NCBI RefSeq assembly: GCF_030538595.1
Contig: NZ_JAUNTS010000003.1
Span: 134,171 to 198,170, forward strand
Source of the DNA: Kocuria sp.
Lineage (GTDB): Bacteria > Actinomycetota > Actinomycetes > Actinomycetales > Micrococcaceae
Reading direction: 5' to 3'
DNA: 64,000 nt
The position numbers and the translations under genes are program-made. Shown here one piece after another: positions 17,908 to 27,146 of the stretch (within the stretch, counting starts at the first letter, position 1; each line of letters starts with the position of its first letter). The notes below the pieces were generated by a model. The model had not been told where the DNA came from and did no database searches. It was given only the letters and a program-made list of their open reading frames with translations.

Positions 17908-20829
17908 ATGGAGCCTTCGCCATCCGCACGGATGCTGTGGGCGAAGACTCCTGGCAATGACCGCGACCTGGTGGAGCAGCGCTTGTGGCTGTCCTTGGTT
18001 CAGCACTGCCGCGACGCCGGGGACGTAGGTGCACGACTCTTTGAACTGTGGTTGCCAGTACAGCTTCAGGACCGTTTGGATGCCGTCAGCGGGGGCTTTG
18101 GTAGACAGCTGACGGGCTGGTCGGCGGCCGTTCATGACATCGGGAAAGCCCAGTTGCTGTTCCAGGCACAAATTGACGGTTCCATGCATACTTGGCAGTG
18201 GGAGCAAGTTCAGGACCTCTCGGAGACTCCCGCTATTGAACTTGACTCGCAGGTCGAAAAGCCGCATTCCATTCACTCGGAACTCATCCTGCGTCGATTG
18301 TTGTCGGCACGTTGGCCTGACTCGCAAGATCACGTTCAAGCCACGTTGACCGCCTCCGCAGGGGCTCACCACGGAAAGCCGTCACGAGCTGTGGCAGGCC
18401 GTGCTGACCGTAATCCAGAGCGAAGAGCGGTGGAGAGGTGGTTGGACCAGCACGGGGTGGACTGGCACGCATTATGGGATGAGATTTTTGACGACGCACT
18501 TGAGCGTTCAGAAGCCCGACCCGCTCTTGACCATGTCCTGGCAGGGCCCGGACTGTCGGCTTCAGACCAGCTTCTGCTGGCGGGGCTGGTCACCATGGCG
18601 GACTGGATTGCCTCTAACGAAAATTTCTTCCCGTTGACCCGAACGGGCATGCACTCCAGTGCTGAAACTCGGGCCGAAAATGCACTGGACCGTCTGAATC
18701 TCACACGTGCCTGGGGCCCCGGTCTCAATGAGGAGCCGGATTTGCAGCGTCGCTTTGCATGGCCGCCGGAGGCCAAGCTGCGCCCCGCACAGGCTTCAGC
18801 GCTGGACGTTGTACGCAGGTTGCCAGCAGAGCCCAGTCTGCTGATCTTCGAGATGGAGACCGGCGGCGGAAAAACAGAATTGGCTTTCCTGGCGGCGGAA
18901 ATCCTAGCCGCCGTACGCGGTTCAGGTGGCATTGCTCTGGCGCTGCCCACCATGGCCACGTCAGATGCCATGTTCACCCGTGCGCAGAGGTGGGTGCAAG
19001 CCATCAGCGCTGAAGACGAACAACTGCACTCACTGTACTTGGGCCACTCGCGGGCCAGGCTCCACCAGGGATATGAGGAGCTGATCGAGGCCACAAGGAA
19101 CATTGATGCCAATGGGGATGGAGCTGCTTCTGCTCAAGGGTCCGTGATCGCGCACCAGTGGCTCAGGGGGCGCCGCCGTGGATTGTTGTCTGAGTTCGTG
19201 GTCTGCACCGTGGACCAAGTTCTCATGATGGCGTTGGCCACCAAACACGTGGCGCTGCGCCATCTTGGGTTGGCGGGAAAAGTTGTGATTGTGGATGAGG
19301 TGCATTCGTACGACGTCTATTCGTCGTCCTACTTGCGCAAAGCCCTTGAATGGCTGGCAGCCCAGGGATCCAGTGTGATTCTGCTGTCAGCAACTCTTGC
19401 TTCAGGGCAACGCCAAGAACTCGTGAGTGCTTATCAAAAAGGTCTCACTGCACCGGAAACACCTGCGGCTAAGCCCGCTGAGGGTCGGTGGAACCGTCGT
19501 CGCAAAGATTCCGGTGGCGAGGAAACCCAGAGGGTTTCTTTTCCCCGCCTCACCACCGTTACTGCCGGCGAGGCGGTGGCGACTGCTCTGCCGGACCGTG
19601 CGGGGCACCGGAATGTGGTACTGCGCGCCATTGACGACGACGTCGATGCACTGTTGCGGGAATTGGCTGTACTGCATCAGGACGGCGGAATAGCGGGCAT
19701 CGTGTGTAATACGGTGCGGCGAGCTCAGCAGGTTTATGAGTGGGCCGTGGCGGAGTTCGGTCCACAAGACGTCGAGCTCTTGCATTCACAATTCACGGCC
19801 CTGGATCGGGCTGCCCGTGAGCAACGCCTGGTGGAATTGATTGGCCCCAAAACTATGCGAGGTCACGGCCGACCTCATCGCCGGATCATTGTGGGAACCC
19901 AAGTCCTGGAACAGTCACTGGACGTGGACTTTGATCTGTTGGTGACGGATCTTGCTCCCACCGACGCATTGGCGCAACGGGCCGGGCGGCTACACCGTCA
20001 TGATCGTCCTGCGGGTGACAGGCCGACGGCGTTGCAGACCCCGAGTGTGCTGGTGCGCGGGGTGAACCGGGAGGCCATGGCGGATACAGCGCCGGAGCTG
20101 GAACCCGGGGCGGAGGCGATCTACGGGGCCAAGATCTTGTTGGACACACTGGCCGTCATGCTGCCCTTGCTGGGCGGCGGTACGTGGTGTTTGCGGCACG
20201 ATGTGCCGCATTCAGTGGAGCTGACGTATCAGTCACCGGGGGCTGCGGTGGCTGCTTGGGGCATCGCCTATGAAGATGCTGTTCAGAAAGCGGAGGAAAG
20301 GGAGAACTCTGCGCGGCGGGCAGCAGATGCTTTTCAACTCAAGTCCGTCCGGGACTCATCCACATTGGAGCGCGCGCTCCAGGCAATGACTGTCATGGAC
20401 GTGGAGCGCGATGCCACAGCGGCAGAAGCTCACGTCCGCGATATTCGCCCCACTCTGGAAGTGCTCCTGGTGCAGCAAACGAAATTCGGTGCACTGCGGG
20501 TTTTGCCGTGGCTGACCGACGGCGATCCCGAGCTGCAGGTACTCGTGGACGAAACCCAGCTACCGCCGTTAAGGGTAATCGACAGGATTGCGCGATCCGC
20601 CGTCCGACTGCCCCAGAGTCTTGCCTCGGTGAGGGACGAGGCGTCTTTCGACCGAGCCATCGACGAGCTCGAACGGCAGACACCGGTGGCATGGGGGCAA
20701 CATCATCTTCTCAAGGGCCAATTGATGCTGACTATTGATGAGGAACTGTGTGGCCAGGTGGCCGGCCGACGATTCCGTTACGACCCTGAGTTGGGCATCC
20801 AGGTACTTGGCGGGGCCAGTGATGAATAA
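17908..20829 (+). CDS. cas3: CRISPR-associated helicase/nuclease Cas3 (type I-E; HD + SF2 helicase)
   Basis: HD motif region (HDIGKA), DEAD-like helicase motifs (VIVDEVH, SATL); 973 aa; first gene of the cas operon. Confidence 0.92.
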   Translation: MEPSPSARMLWAKTPGNDRDLVEQRLWLSLVQHCRDAGDVGARLFELWLPVQLQDRLDAVSGGFGRQLTGWSAAVHDIGKAQLLFQAQIDGSMHTWQWEQVQDLSETPAIELDSQVEKPHSIHSELILRRLLSARWPDSQDHVQATLTASAGAHHGKPSRAVAGRADRNPERRAVERWLDQHGVDWHALWDEIFDDALERSEARPALDHVLAGPGLSASDQLLLAGLVTMADWIASNENFFPLTRTGMHSSAETRAENALDRLNLTRAWGPGLNEEPDLQRRFAWPPEAKLRPAQASALDVVRRLPAEPSLLIFEMETGGGKTELAFLAAEILAAVRGSGGIALALPTMATSDAMFTRAQRWVQAISAEDEQLHSLYLGHSRARLHQGYEELIEATRNIDANGDGAASAQGSVIAHQWLRGRRRGLLSEFVVCTVDQVLMMALATKHVALRHLGLAGKVVIVDEVHSYDVYSSSYLRKALEWLAAQGSSVILLSATLASGQRQELVSAYQKGLTAPETPAAKPAEGRWNRRRKDSGGEETQRVSFPRLTTVTAGEAVATALPDRAGHRNVVLRAIDDDVDALLRELAVLHQDGGIAGIVCNTVRRAQQVYEWAVAEFGPQDVELLHSQFTALDRAAREQRLVELIGPKTMRGHGRPHRRIIVGTQVLEQSLDVDFDLLVTDLAPTDALAQRAGRLHRHDRPAGDRPTALQTPSVLVRGVNREAMADTAPELEPGAEAIYGAKILLDTLAVMLPLLGGGTWCLRHDVPHSVELTYQSPGAAVAAWGIAYEDAVQKAEERENSARRAADAFQLKSVRDSSTLERALQAMTVMDVERDATAAEAHVRDIRPTLEVLLVQQTKFGALRVLPWLTDGDPELQVLVDETQLPPLRVIDRIARSAVRLPQSLASVRDEASFDRAIDELERQTPVAWGQHHLLKGQLMLTIDEELCGQVAGRRFRYDPELGIQVLGGASDE

Positions 20830-20882
20830 GGAGAGCGGCATGAATTGTGACGTCAAACTTGATGTCGATAAGGAGGAGACGC

Positions 20883-22577
20883 GTGGCTGACAGACAGTTT
20901 GATCTGCTCACCGAACCATGGATTCGGGTGCGCATGCTGGATGACCAGGTTCAGGACGTGAGCCTCCGCGATCTCTTCCACAGAGCTCACGAGATTGCGG
21001 GACTGGCCGGTGAATCCGCCACCCAGGACAACGCGATGTTGAGGACACTGCTTGCGGTGTTGATCCGGGCCGTGCGTACCACCGACTTGGTGGATCAATC
21101 ATCCTCGGTGATATGGGACCAGTTGCGCACCATGCCGGACCTTGGTGAATTCGTGGGGGAGTACCTGGACACGGTGGCTGATCGGTTCCGTCTCTTCGGC
21201 GACAAAGCGCCGTTCTACCAGGTTGCTGACCTGCACACCAAGAAGGGGGAGTACTCCTCGGTCGGGGTGCTGATCCCGGACATCGGCCCGGGTTTGTTCT
21301 CCACTCGAACAGCGGAAGATGCCCAGAGCTTGCAGCCAGCCGAGGCGGCCCGGTGGCTTGTGCGGGAGCAGGCGTACAGCCTTTCCGGGATCAAATCTGG
21401 AGCGGAAGGCGACCCCCGCGTCAAAGGCGGCAAGGGCTACCCGATCGGCACGGGCTGGGCCGGAGCTCTGGGCTCCGTTCAAGTTCTGGGTCCGACACTG
21501 CGTGACACCTTGGTCCTCTGCCTCCCGTTGTCAGCATTCAGCACTGATGAACGAGAGCTCGAACAGGACCTGCCGCCCTGGGAACGCCAACCGGATACTT
21601 CTGCACCGCGTGCTCTGGAAGAAGTAGATCCACGGGGCGTCGTCGATCTGCTGACCTGGCAACAGCGGCGTATTCGGTTGTGGGCGGATGCCCAGGGTGC
21701 TGCCACCAAAGTGTTGATCGCCAACGGTGACCGTCTTCGCCTGATCAATCAGTTCACTGAACCGCTGAGCGGGTTCCGCTACTCCCAAGCGCAGTCCAAG
21801 AAAGGAGTTTCGGTCTATTTCGCAAAGTCACATGATCCTGATCTGACGGTGTGGCGTGGAGTCCAAGCTCTGTTTCTGGAAAGCGGTGCGTCAGCGGAGG
21901 CAGCGGCAAAGAGTGATCGGCCAGCTCCCGTGATCGACCAGCTACGCACGGATCCCGTGCTCGGTGATCTTGTGCAGAATGCCTACGGCGCTGATCCGCT
22001 GGGGCTGCGGTTGGTTGGTGCCGAATATGGAACTCAGAGCGCGGTGCTGACCGGTGAAATCGAAGAGGTGCTCAGCATGCACCCGGTGGTCCTGGGCCGC
22101 CACGGGGGTGACCTGCGGCAGGCAGCTCTCGACGCCGTTGGCATGGTGATGTCTTTCCGCGGTTCGTTGAACTGGTTTATCAAACAGCTGGAGGTTTGTG
22201 CCGGTGGCTCGGGGGACACGGCTTCTCCGGCCGGTGTGCAGAGTTGGCTCTCAGAACTGGAAGGTGCCTTTACGCGCTGGCTTGCGGGTCTGAGACCTGA
22301 CAGTGACGCTGCGGAGGCAGGCAGGACCTGGCGCACAACCATGTATGTAGTCACCGTTCGCCACATCGAATCTGGCGTAGAGGCAGCTGGCCCTCGTGCG
22401 GCGATCGGATGGATGGAAGTCGGCGAAAGTGGTCGAGGTCAGTTGCATTCATCAGCTCGGTACGAAGCCTGGGCCAAGAGAAAACTCACCCAAGCCACCG
22501 GTGTACGCCTGAGTAAACCCAGCCAGCCGGTTACCGCGGACACGGAATCCCACCATGAATCGGAAGGAGAGCGATGA
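20883..22577 (+). CDS. casA: Cascade large subunit Cse1/CasA (Cas8e)
   Basis: GTG start 7 nt after AAGGAGGA; N-terminal FDLLTEPWIRV motif typical of Cse1. Confidence 0.85.
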   Translation: MADRQFDLLTEPWIRVRMLDDQVQDVSLRDLFHRAHEIAGLAGESATQDNAMLRTLLAVLIRAVRTTDLVDQSSSVIWDQLRTMPDLGEFVGEYLDTVADRFRLFGDKAPFYQVADLHTKKGEYSSVGVLIPDIGPGLFSTRTAEDAQSLQPAEAARWLVREQAYSLSGIKSGAEGDPRVKGGKGYPIGTGWAGALGSVQVLGPTLRDTLVLCLPLSAFSTDERELEQDLPPWERQPDTSAPRALEEVDPRGVVDLLTWQQRRIRLWADAQGAATKVLIANGDRLRLINQFTEPLSGFRYSQAQSKKGVSVYFAKSHDPDLTVWRGVQALFLESGASAEAAAKSDRPAPVIDQLRTDPVLGDLVQNAYGADPLGLRLVGAEYGTQSAVLTGEIEEVLSMHPVVLGRHGGDLRQAALDAVGMVMSFRGSLNWFIKQLEVCAGGSGDTASPAGVQSWLSELEGAFTRWLAGLRPDSDAAEAGRTWRTTMYVVTVRHIESGVEAAGPRAAIGWMEVGESGRGQLHSSARYEAWAKRKLTQATGVRLSKPSQPVTADTESHHESEGER

Positions 22578-23182
22578 ATCAGCCATCCAGCAAGGAGGTT
22601 CCAGACCTGCGCTCGGCGGTCGGTCGCGCCGTCGGTAATTTGCAGCGCACTTCCCTGGACTTGGATCTCCCCGCAGCCCGTAGCCAGTTGGCGCGCTTGC
22701 GAGGTGCCGTGGACGAACCCCCGGGCCGTAGTCCAGAAGTATGGAGCATGGTGCTGGATGCCGTGCCGGATGAGTTCATGGGTACTGGTGATCACGCCAC
22801 AGACTCCGAAACAGCCACTCATCAGGCGCTCACGCTGTATGCAGTCCATCAACGTGGCAACAACCGCCCCATGCATGTAGCGGGTCCGGGCTCGAACAGC
22901 TTTGGTGGCGCCGCCGGCCGGTTGGCCAAGGGACGTACCGCTTCGGTCAAGGCCCGATACGACGCCTTACTCATGGCCACCTCAGATGAAGGCCGAGCTC
23001 AACACCTCCGCTCACTGGTCGGTTTGCTGTCCACGGACGCAATACCACTGGACTATGGCCAGTTTGCGCTGGACCTGTCACGGCTCAAGAAGGCGGCTTA
23101 CCGGGACTCCGTCCAGCGGCGGTGGGGACGCGACTTTTACCGAGCGTTCGCGCCATCAATATCGGACGACGACGCCGACTGA
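22574..23182 (+). CDS. casB: Cascade small subunit Cse2/CasB
   Basis: Start overlaps the cse1 stop (ATGA); ~200 aa helical protein in the canonical position. Confidence 0.85.
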   Translation: MNQPSSKEVPDLRSAVGRAVGNLQRTSLDLDLPAARSQLARLRGAVDEPPGRSPEVWSMVLDAVPDEFMGTGDHATDSETATHQALTLYAVHQRGNNRPMHVAGPGSNSFGGAAGRLAKGRTASVKARYDALLMATSDEGRAQHLRSLVGLLSTDAIPLDYGQFALDLSRLKKAAYRDSVQRRWGRDFYRAFAPSISDDDAD

Positions 23183-23247
23183 ACCGACTTCAGCTACTCA
23201 CCCACCACCCCGCATTGAAAAACCCGTACTGAAAGGCAGAACCTCAC

Positions 23248-24384
23248 ATGACCACGTTTATCGACTTTCACGCACTGCACACCCTGGCGCCGAGCAATGT
23301 CAATCGGGGTGAGGATGGCGCGCCCAAAACGGCGACCTTCGGTGGAGTTCGCAGGCAGAGGGTTTCATCACAAGCGCTGAAAGCTGCACAACGCCGCGGG
23401 TTCGCAGATCATCTCGACTCGTCTGAACTTGGTGTCCGGACCAAACGCGTGGTCGAACTGGTGGCCCGCCGGATGCTCGAACTGGATGATTCTCTGAACG
23501 AGGCGGAAGCACAGGCGCGCGCTGCTGCAGCCTTCAATCTGGCAAAGATCAAGGTTGCCGCACCCAAGGTAAAGAAGGATGAGGAGGCCAAGGCTGCAAC
23601 TGCTGGCTACTTGATGTTCCTCGGGCGTCATCAGGTCGATCGCCTGGCCCAGACGCTTGTGGATGCTGGTGACAAGGGGCTGGGCTCTAAAGCAGAGGCT
23701 CAAGCGTTGTTGGATACCGAGCACGCCGTCGACGTCGCCTTGTTCGGGCGCATGGTTGCCGACGACGCTGCGCTCAATGTGGATGCAGCGGTGCAAGTTG
23801 CACACGCATTGGGGGTCCACGCGGCCACGCCCGATTTCGATTTCTACACGGCCGTGGACGATTTGCAGCGCCAGGATGAAGAGACCGGTGCCGGCATGAT
23901 CGGTACCGTGGAAATGATGTCGTCGACCCTCTACCGCTACGCCACGGTCAACGTCGATCAACTCATCCACAATCTCGGTTCCGTCGAGGCTGCTGTCCGT
24001 GCGGTTCAAGCGTTTGCCACCACGTTCGTGGAGACGTTACCGACGGGCAAACAGAATACTTTTGCCTCTCACACCTTGCCGGAGCTGGTTTCCGTTGCCG
24101 TGCGGGACAGGCGGCCGGTGTCTTACGTGAACGCCTTTGAACGTCCCATCGAAGCCTCTGAGGGAGAGGACCGTCGGCTCCTTGCAGCACAGGCCCTGGC
24201 TGGGGAAGCGGTATCCGTGTCGGATACCTACGGGTTGGCACCTAGTGCAGCTCTCGTCATGTCTGTACCAAGTTTGCAAGAAGCTGTGGGCCCGTTGGGG
24301 CGCTCGGTCACTCGTGATGAGTTCGTGGCTGAACTGCAGCGCGTCGTCGAAGAATCCGCTGCTGCTGCGCAGGTGGAAGCATGA
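23248..24384 (+). CDS. casC: Cascade backbone subunit Cas7e (CasC/Cse4)
   Basis: N-terminus MTTFIDFHALHTL...NVNRGEDG is diagnostic of Cas7e; 378 aa. Confidence 0.9.
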   Translation: MTTFIDFHALHTLAPSNVNRGEDGAPKTATFGGVRRQRVSSQALKAAQRRGFADHLDSSELGVRTKRVVELVARRMLELDDSLNEAEAQARAAAAFNLAKIKVAAPKVKKDEEAKAATAGYLMFLGRHQVDRLAQTLVDAGDKGLGSKAEAQALLDTEHAVDVALFGRMVADDAALNVDAAVQVAHALGVHAATPDFDFYTAVDDLQRQDEETGAGMIGTVEMMSSTLYRYATVNVDQLIHNLGSVEAAVRAVQAFATTFVETLPTGKQNTFASHTLPELVSVAVRDRRPVSYVNAFERPIEASEGEDRRLLAAQALAGEAVSVSDTYGLAPSAALVMSVPSLQEAVGPLGRSVTRDEFVAELQRVVEESAAAAQVEA

Positions 24385-25085
24385 CGGTCTTGCTCCTGAA
24401 ACTCAAAGGCCCTCAACAATCCTGGGGCGTGACATCGCGCTTCCAGACACGCGAAGCTGGAACGGCACCCAGCAAATCCGGGGTGATCGGGTTGGTTGCC
24501 TCAGCCCAAGGACGTGCTCGTGACGCTGAACTGACGGACCTGGTGGGGCTGGAATTCGGCGTCAGGGTGGATCAACCAGGTGAACTGCTCAACGATTTTC
24601 ACACCGCGCGAAGATCTGGTGACAAGAACTCCATGCTCTCTCACCGGCATTACCGGCAGGATGCGGCATATACCGCGGCCTTGAGCGGTAGCCCTCAACT
24701 CCTGGCGGCGATTGCCGAAGCCGTTGAGTCACCGAAATTTCCCTTGTATCTGGGTAGGCGTTCGGCCCCAGCTCCAGTGGATTTGCTCGGCGGTATTACT
24801 GAACACGACGACGTCGAAAGCGCTCTGCGCGATCTCGAATCCGCGCCTTGGCTTGCTGCTAAATGGCATCGAGAGCAAGTTGGTCAGACTGTCTATCTTC
24901 CGCTGGCGCGGGATGCACGTGACGGGGAGGATGCAGAGTCTGTGCAGGACGTACCTGTCAGTTTTGACCCACGACACCGTACCTACTCTCGGCGGGGAGT
25001 GACATGGACGGAGCCGGTCGTTGTGGAGAATCCCGATGGTAAGCAGCCGGTTGATGTCTATTTTGAGACAGTGAAGGGGGCCTGA
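24381..25085 (+). CDS. casD: Cas5e (CasD)
   Basis: MTVLLLKLKGP..SWG N-terminus typical of Cas5e; start overlaps the cas7e stop. Confidence 0.88.
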   Translation: MTVLLLKLKGPQQSWGVTSRFQTREAGTAPSKSGVIGLVASAQGRARDAELTDLVGLEFGVRVDQPGELLNDFHTARRSGDKNSMLSHRHYRQDAAYTAALSGSPQLLAAIAEAVESPKFPLYLGRRSAPAPVDLLGGITEHDDVESALRDLESAPWLAAKWHREQVGQTVYLPLARDARDGEDAESVQDVPVSFDPRHRTYSRRGVTWTEPVVVENPDGKQPVDVYFETVKGA

Positions 25086-25768
25086 TGTATTTCAGTCGGT
25101 TGACGCTTAATCCGCAACGGCGGCAGGCCAAGCACCTAGTGGCAGACGCGCGCGCCATGCACGCCGCGGTTGAAGCGGCATTTCCACCGTCGATGGCAGG
25201 AAGTGAAACACGGAATCTGTGGCGACTGGATCGGATGGAGCACGAGGTGATTCTGTACGTCGTTTCGCCACAGCGCCCAGACCTGCGGCACATCCAGGAA
25301 CAAGCCGGATGGGAGTCTGCACCTGCGGAATCCACGGACTACGAGCGGTTTCTCGGTTCAATCCAGCGTGGCCAACGGTATTCGTTCCGATTGGCAGCAA
25401 ATCCCGTGAAGCGCCAATTCGTCCCGGGTGGCCGAGGACGTATTCTGCCTCATGTGACCGAGGCGCAGCAGGTTACCTGGCTAATGGCCCGTGCCGAGGG
25501 TTGGGGGTTTACGGTGCGTCCTGTCCAAACTCTGCAGGAAACAGCCGCCGGCGACGTCGACCTGCCGCCTGACGTTCGAGTGGTCCACCGCAATGACGGG
25601 CACTTCAGGAAAACTGACGAGAGCGGGAATCGCACCGTCACACAGCGCCAAGTGACATTCGTGGGGAGCCTGGAAGTTCTTGAGGCCAATAAACTCCGCG
25701 AATCCCTCACTCGTGGAATGGGGCGTGGTAAAGCTTACGGACTGGGTCTCATGACCCTGGCCCGGTGA
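25085..25768 (+). CDS. casE: Cas6e (CasE/Cse3) pre-crRNA endoribonuclease
   Basis: MYFSRLTLNP N-terminus and G-rich loop GMGRGKAYGLGLM at the C-terminus. Confidence 0.9.
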   Translation: MYFSRLTLNPQRRQAKHLVADARAMHAAVEAAFPPSMAGSETRNLWRLDRMEHEVILYVVSPQRPDLRHIQEQAGWESAPAESTDYERFLGSIQRGQRYSFRLAANPVKRQFVPGGRGRILPHVTEAQQVTWLMARAEGWGFTVRPVQTLQETAAGDVDLPPDVRVVHRNDGHFRKTDESGNRTVTQRQVTFVGSLEVLEANKLRESLTRGMGRGKAYGLGLMTLAR

Positions 25769-25772
25769 CGCC

Positions 25773-26723
25773 ATGGCCGTTGGAGCCGAACCACCTACAT
25801 CACGTGAACTGGGTACGCTGAGTGATCGTCTGTCGTTCATCTATCTGGAGCGCTGCACCATTCACCGTGATGCCAACGCGGTGACAGCAACCGATGAGCG
25901 CGGAACGGTTCATATTCCTGCTGCAATCATCGGTGTATTGTTACTCGGGCCGGGAACCCGAACCACGCACGCAGCTATGTCTTTGCTGGGGTCATCTGGT
26001 GCCAGCGTGGCCTGGGTGGGGGAGGGGAGTGTGCGCTTCTATGCGGCGGGACGCCCCTTGGCTCGATCCAGCCGACTTTTGGAAGCACAAGCCAGGGCGT
26101 TTGCGAATCAGTCCAAGCGACTGGAAATTGCACGCCGAATGTATGAAATGCGGTTCCCGGGTGAGAATGTGTCCTCTCTGACGATGCAGCAATTAAGAGG
26201 GCGGGAAGGTGCCAGAGTCAAGGCGGTTTATGCTGAACATGCCGAGCGTACTGGTGTGGAATGGCGCCGTCGTAGTTACAAGCCCGGTGAGATCCAGCAC
26301 TCGGATGCGGTCAACAGGGCTCTCTCCAGTGCTAATAGTTGCCTGTACGGAATTGTCTCCGCAGTTGTTCATGGGTTGGGGATGTCTCCGGGTCTCGGGT
26401 TTGTCCACGTTGGGCATGATCAGAGTTTTCTCTACGATGTTGCTGATCTCTTCAAGGCGACAACTACGATCCCTGCTGCTTTCGATGTGGTGGCGCAGGG
26501 CTCGGATGATCCGGAGAACGATGTTCGACGCATGTTGAGGGACCGATTGCTTGAGTCAAAGCTCATGGAATCATGCGTACGTCAATTACGAGACCTATTT
26601 CTCACAGAAGAAGAGGCGCTTCAGGAGTCCGAAGTTATATTTTTGGACTCTATGTCTATTTGGAGTGGTCGAGGAGAGGGGCGGCAAGCCACCGGACAGA
26701 ACTATGACATGGGTGCGCCATGA
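25773..26723 (+). CDS. cas1: Cas1 integrase (type I-E)
   Basis: 316 aa with the Cas1e conserved core ...GLGFVHVG...LYDVADL... Confidence 0.9.
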   Translation: MAVGAEPPTSRELGTLSDRLSFIYLERCTIHRDANAVTATDERGTVHIPAAIIGVLLLGPGTRTTHAAMSLLGSSGASVAWVGEGSVRFYAAGRPLARSSRLLEAQARAFANQSKRLEIARRMYEMRFPGENVSSLTMQQLRGREGARVKAVYAEHAERTGVEWRRRSYKPGEIQHSDAVNRALSSANSCLYGIVSAVVHGLGMSPGLGFVHVGHDQSFLYDVADLFKATTTIPAAFDVVAQGSDDPENDVRRMLRDRLLESKLMESCVRQLRDLFLTEEEALQESEVIFLDSMSIWSGRGEGRQATGQNYDMGAP

Positions 26724-27079
26724 TGGTTTTGGTCTTGTCTGCGTGCCCTCCAAGCCTGCGTGGCGATCTGACTAAATGGTTGCTTGAGGTCTCTGCGGGT
26801 GTGTTTATTGGTCGCGTAAGCGCTCGAATACGGGAAGAACTCTGGGAGCGGGTCAAGGGCACCGCTGGAAGTGGGCGAGCCATTCTGATTTGGAGCGCAA
26901 AGAACGAGCAGCGCCTGAATTTTGATGTGCATGAGCACCACTGGGACACCGTGGACTTGGACGGAGTCACGCTCATGCGTCGGCCGTCGAGTAATCGCAA
27001 CCCCAAGGCCTCATCCCAGCGGCGTTCAGGGTGGAGCATTGCGGGTTCTGCTCGGCGTGCCAAACGGTTTGGGCGTTGA
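26720..27079 (+). CDS. cas2: Cas2 (type I-E)
   Basis: 119 aa; start overlaps the cas1 stop; LTKWLLEVSAGVFIG motif typical of Cas2e. Confidence 0.88.
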   Translation: MMVLVLSACPPSLRGDLTKWLLEVSAGVFIGRVSARIREELWERVKGTAGSGRAILIWSAKNEQRLNFDVHEHHWDTVDLDGVTLMRRPSSNRNPKASSQRRSGWSIAGSARRAKRFGR

Positions 27080-27146
27080 CTGAGACAACTAGCTAATATT
27101 GATGGATAACGGCACGTATCACTGGCGGACCTCCTAGTCAGCAAGT
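27080..27146 (+). promoter_or_regulatory. CRISPR leader (AT-richer 67 bp between cas2 and the first repeat)
   Basis: Lies between the cas2 stop and repeat 1. Degenerate repeats at the opposite array end place the leader here. Confidence 0.6.

Noticed and set aside
15804-20829. Idea that the cNMP-binding domain of the glutaminase fusion signals to the type I-E system
   Set aside because: Type I-E systems have no known cyclic-nucleotide signalling. The adjacency alone is insufficient, so it is kept only as a low-interest finding.
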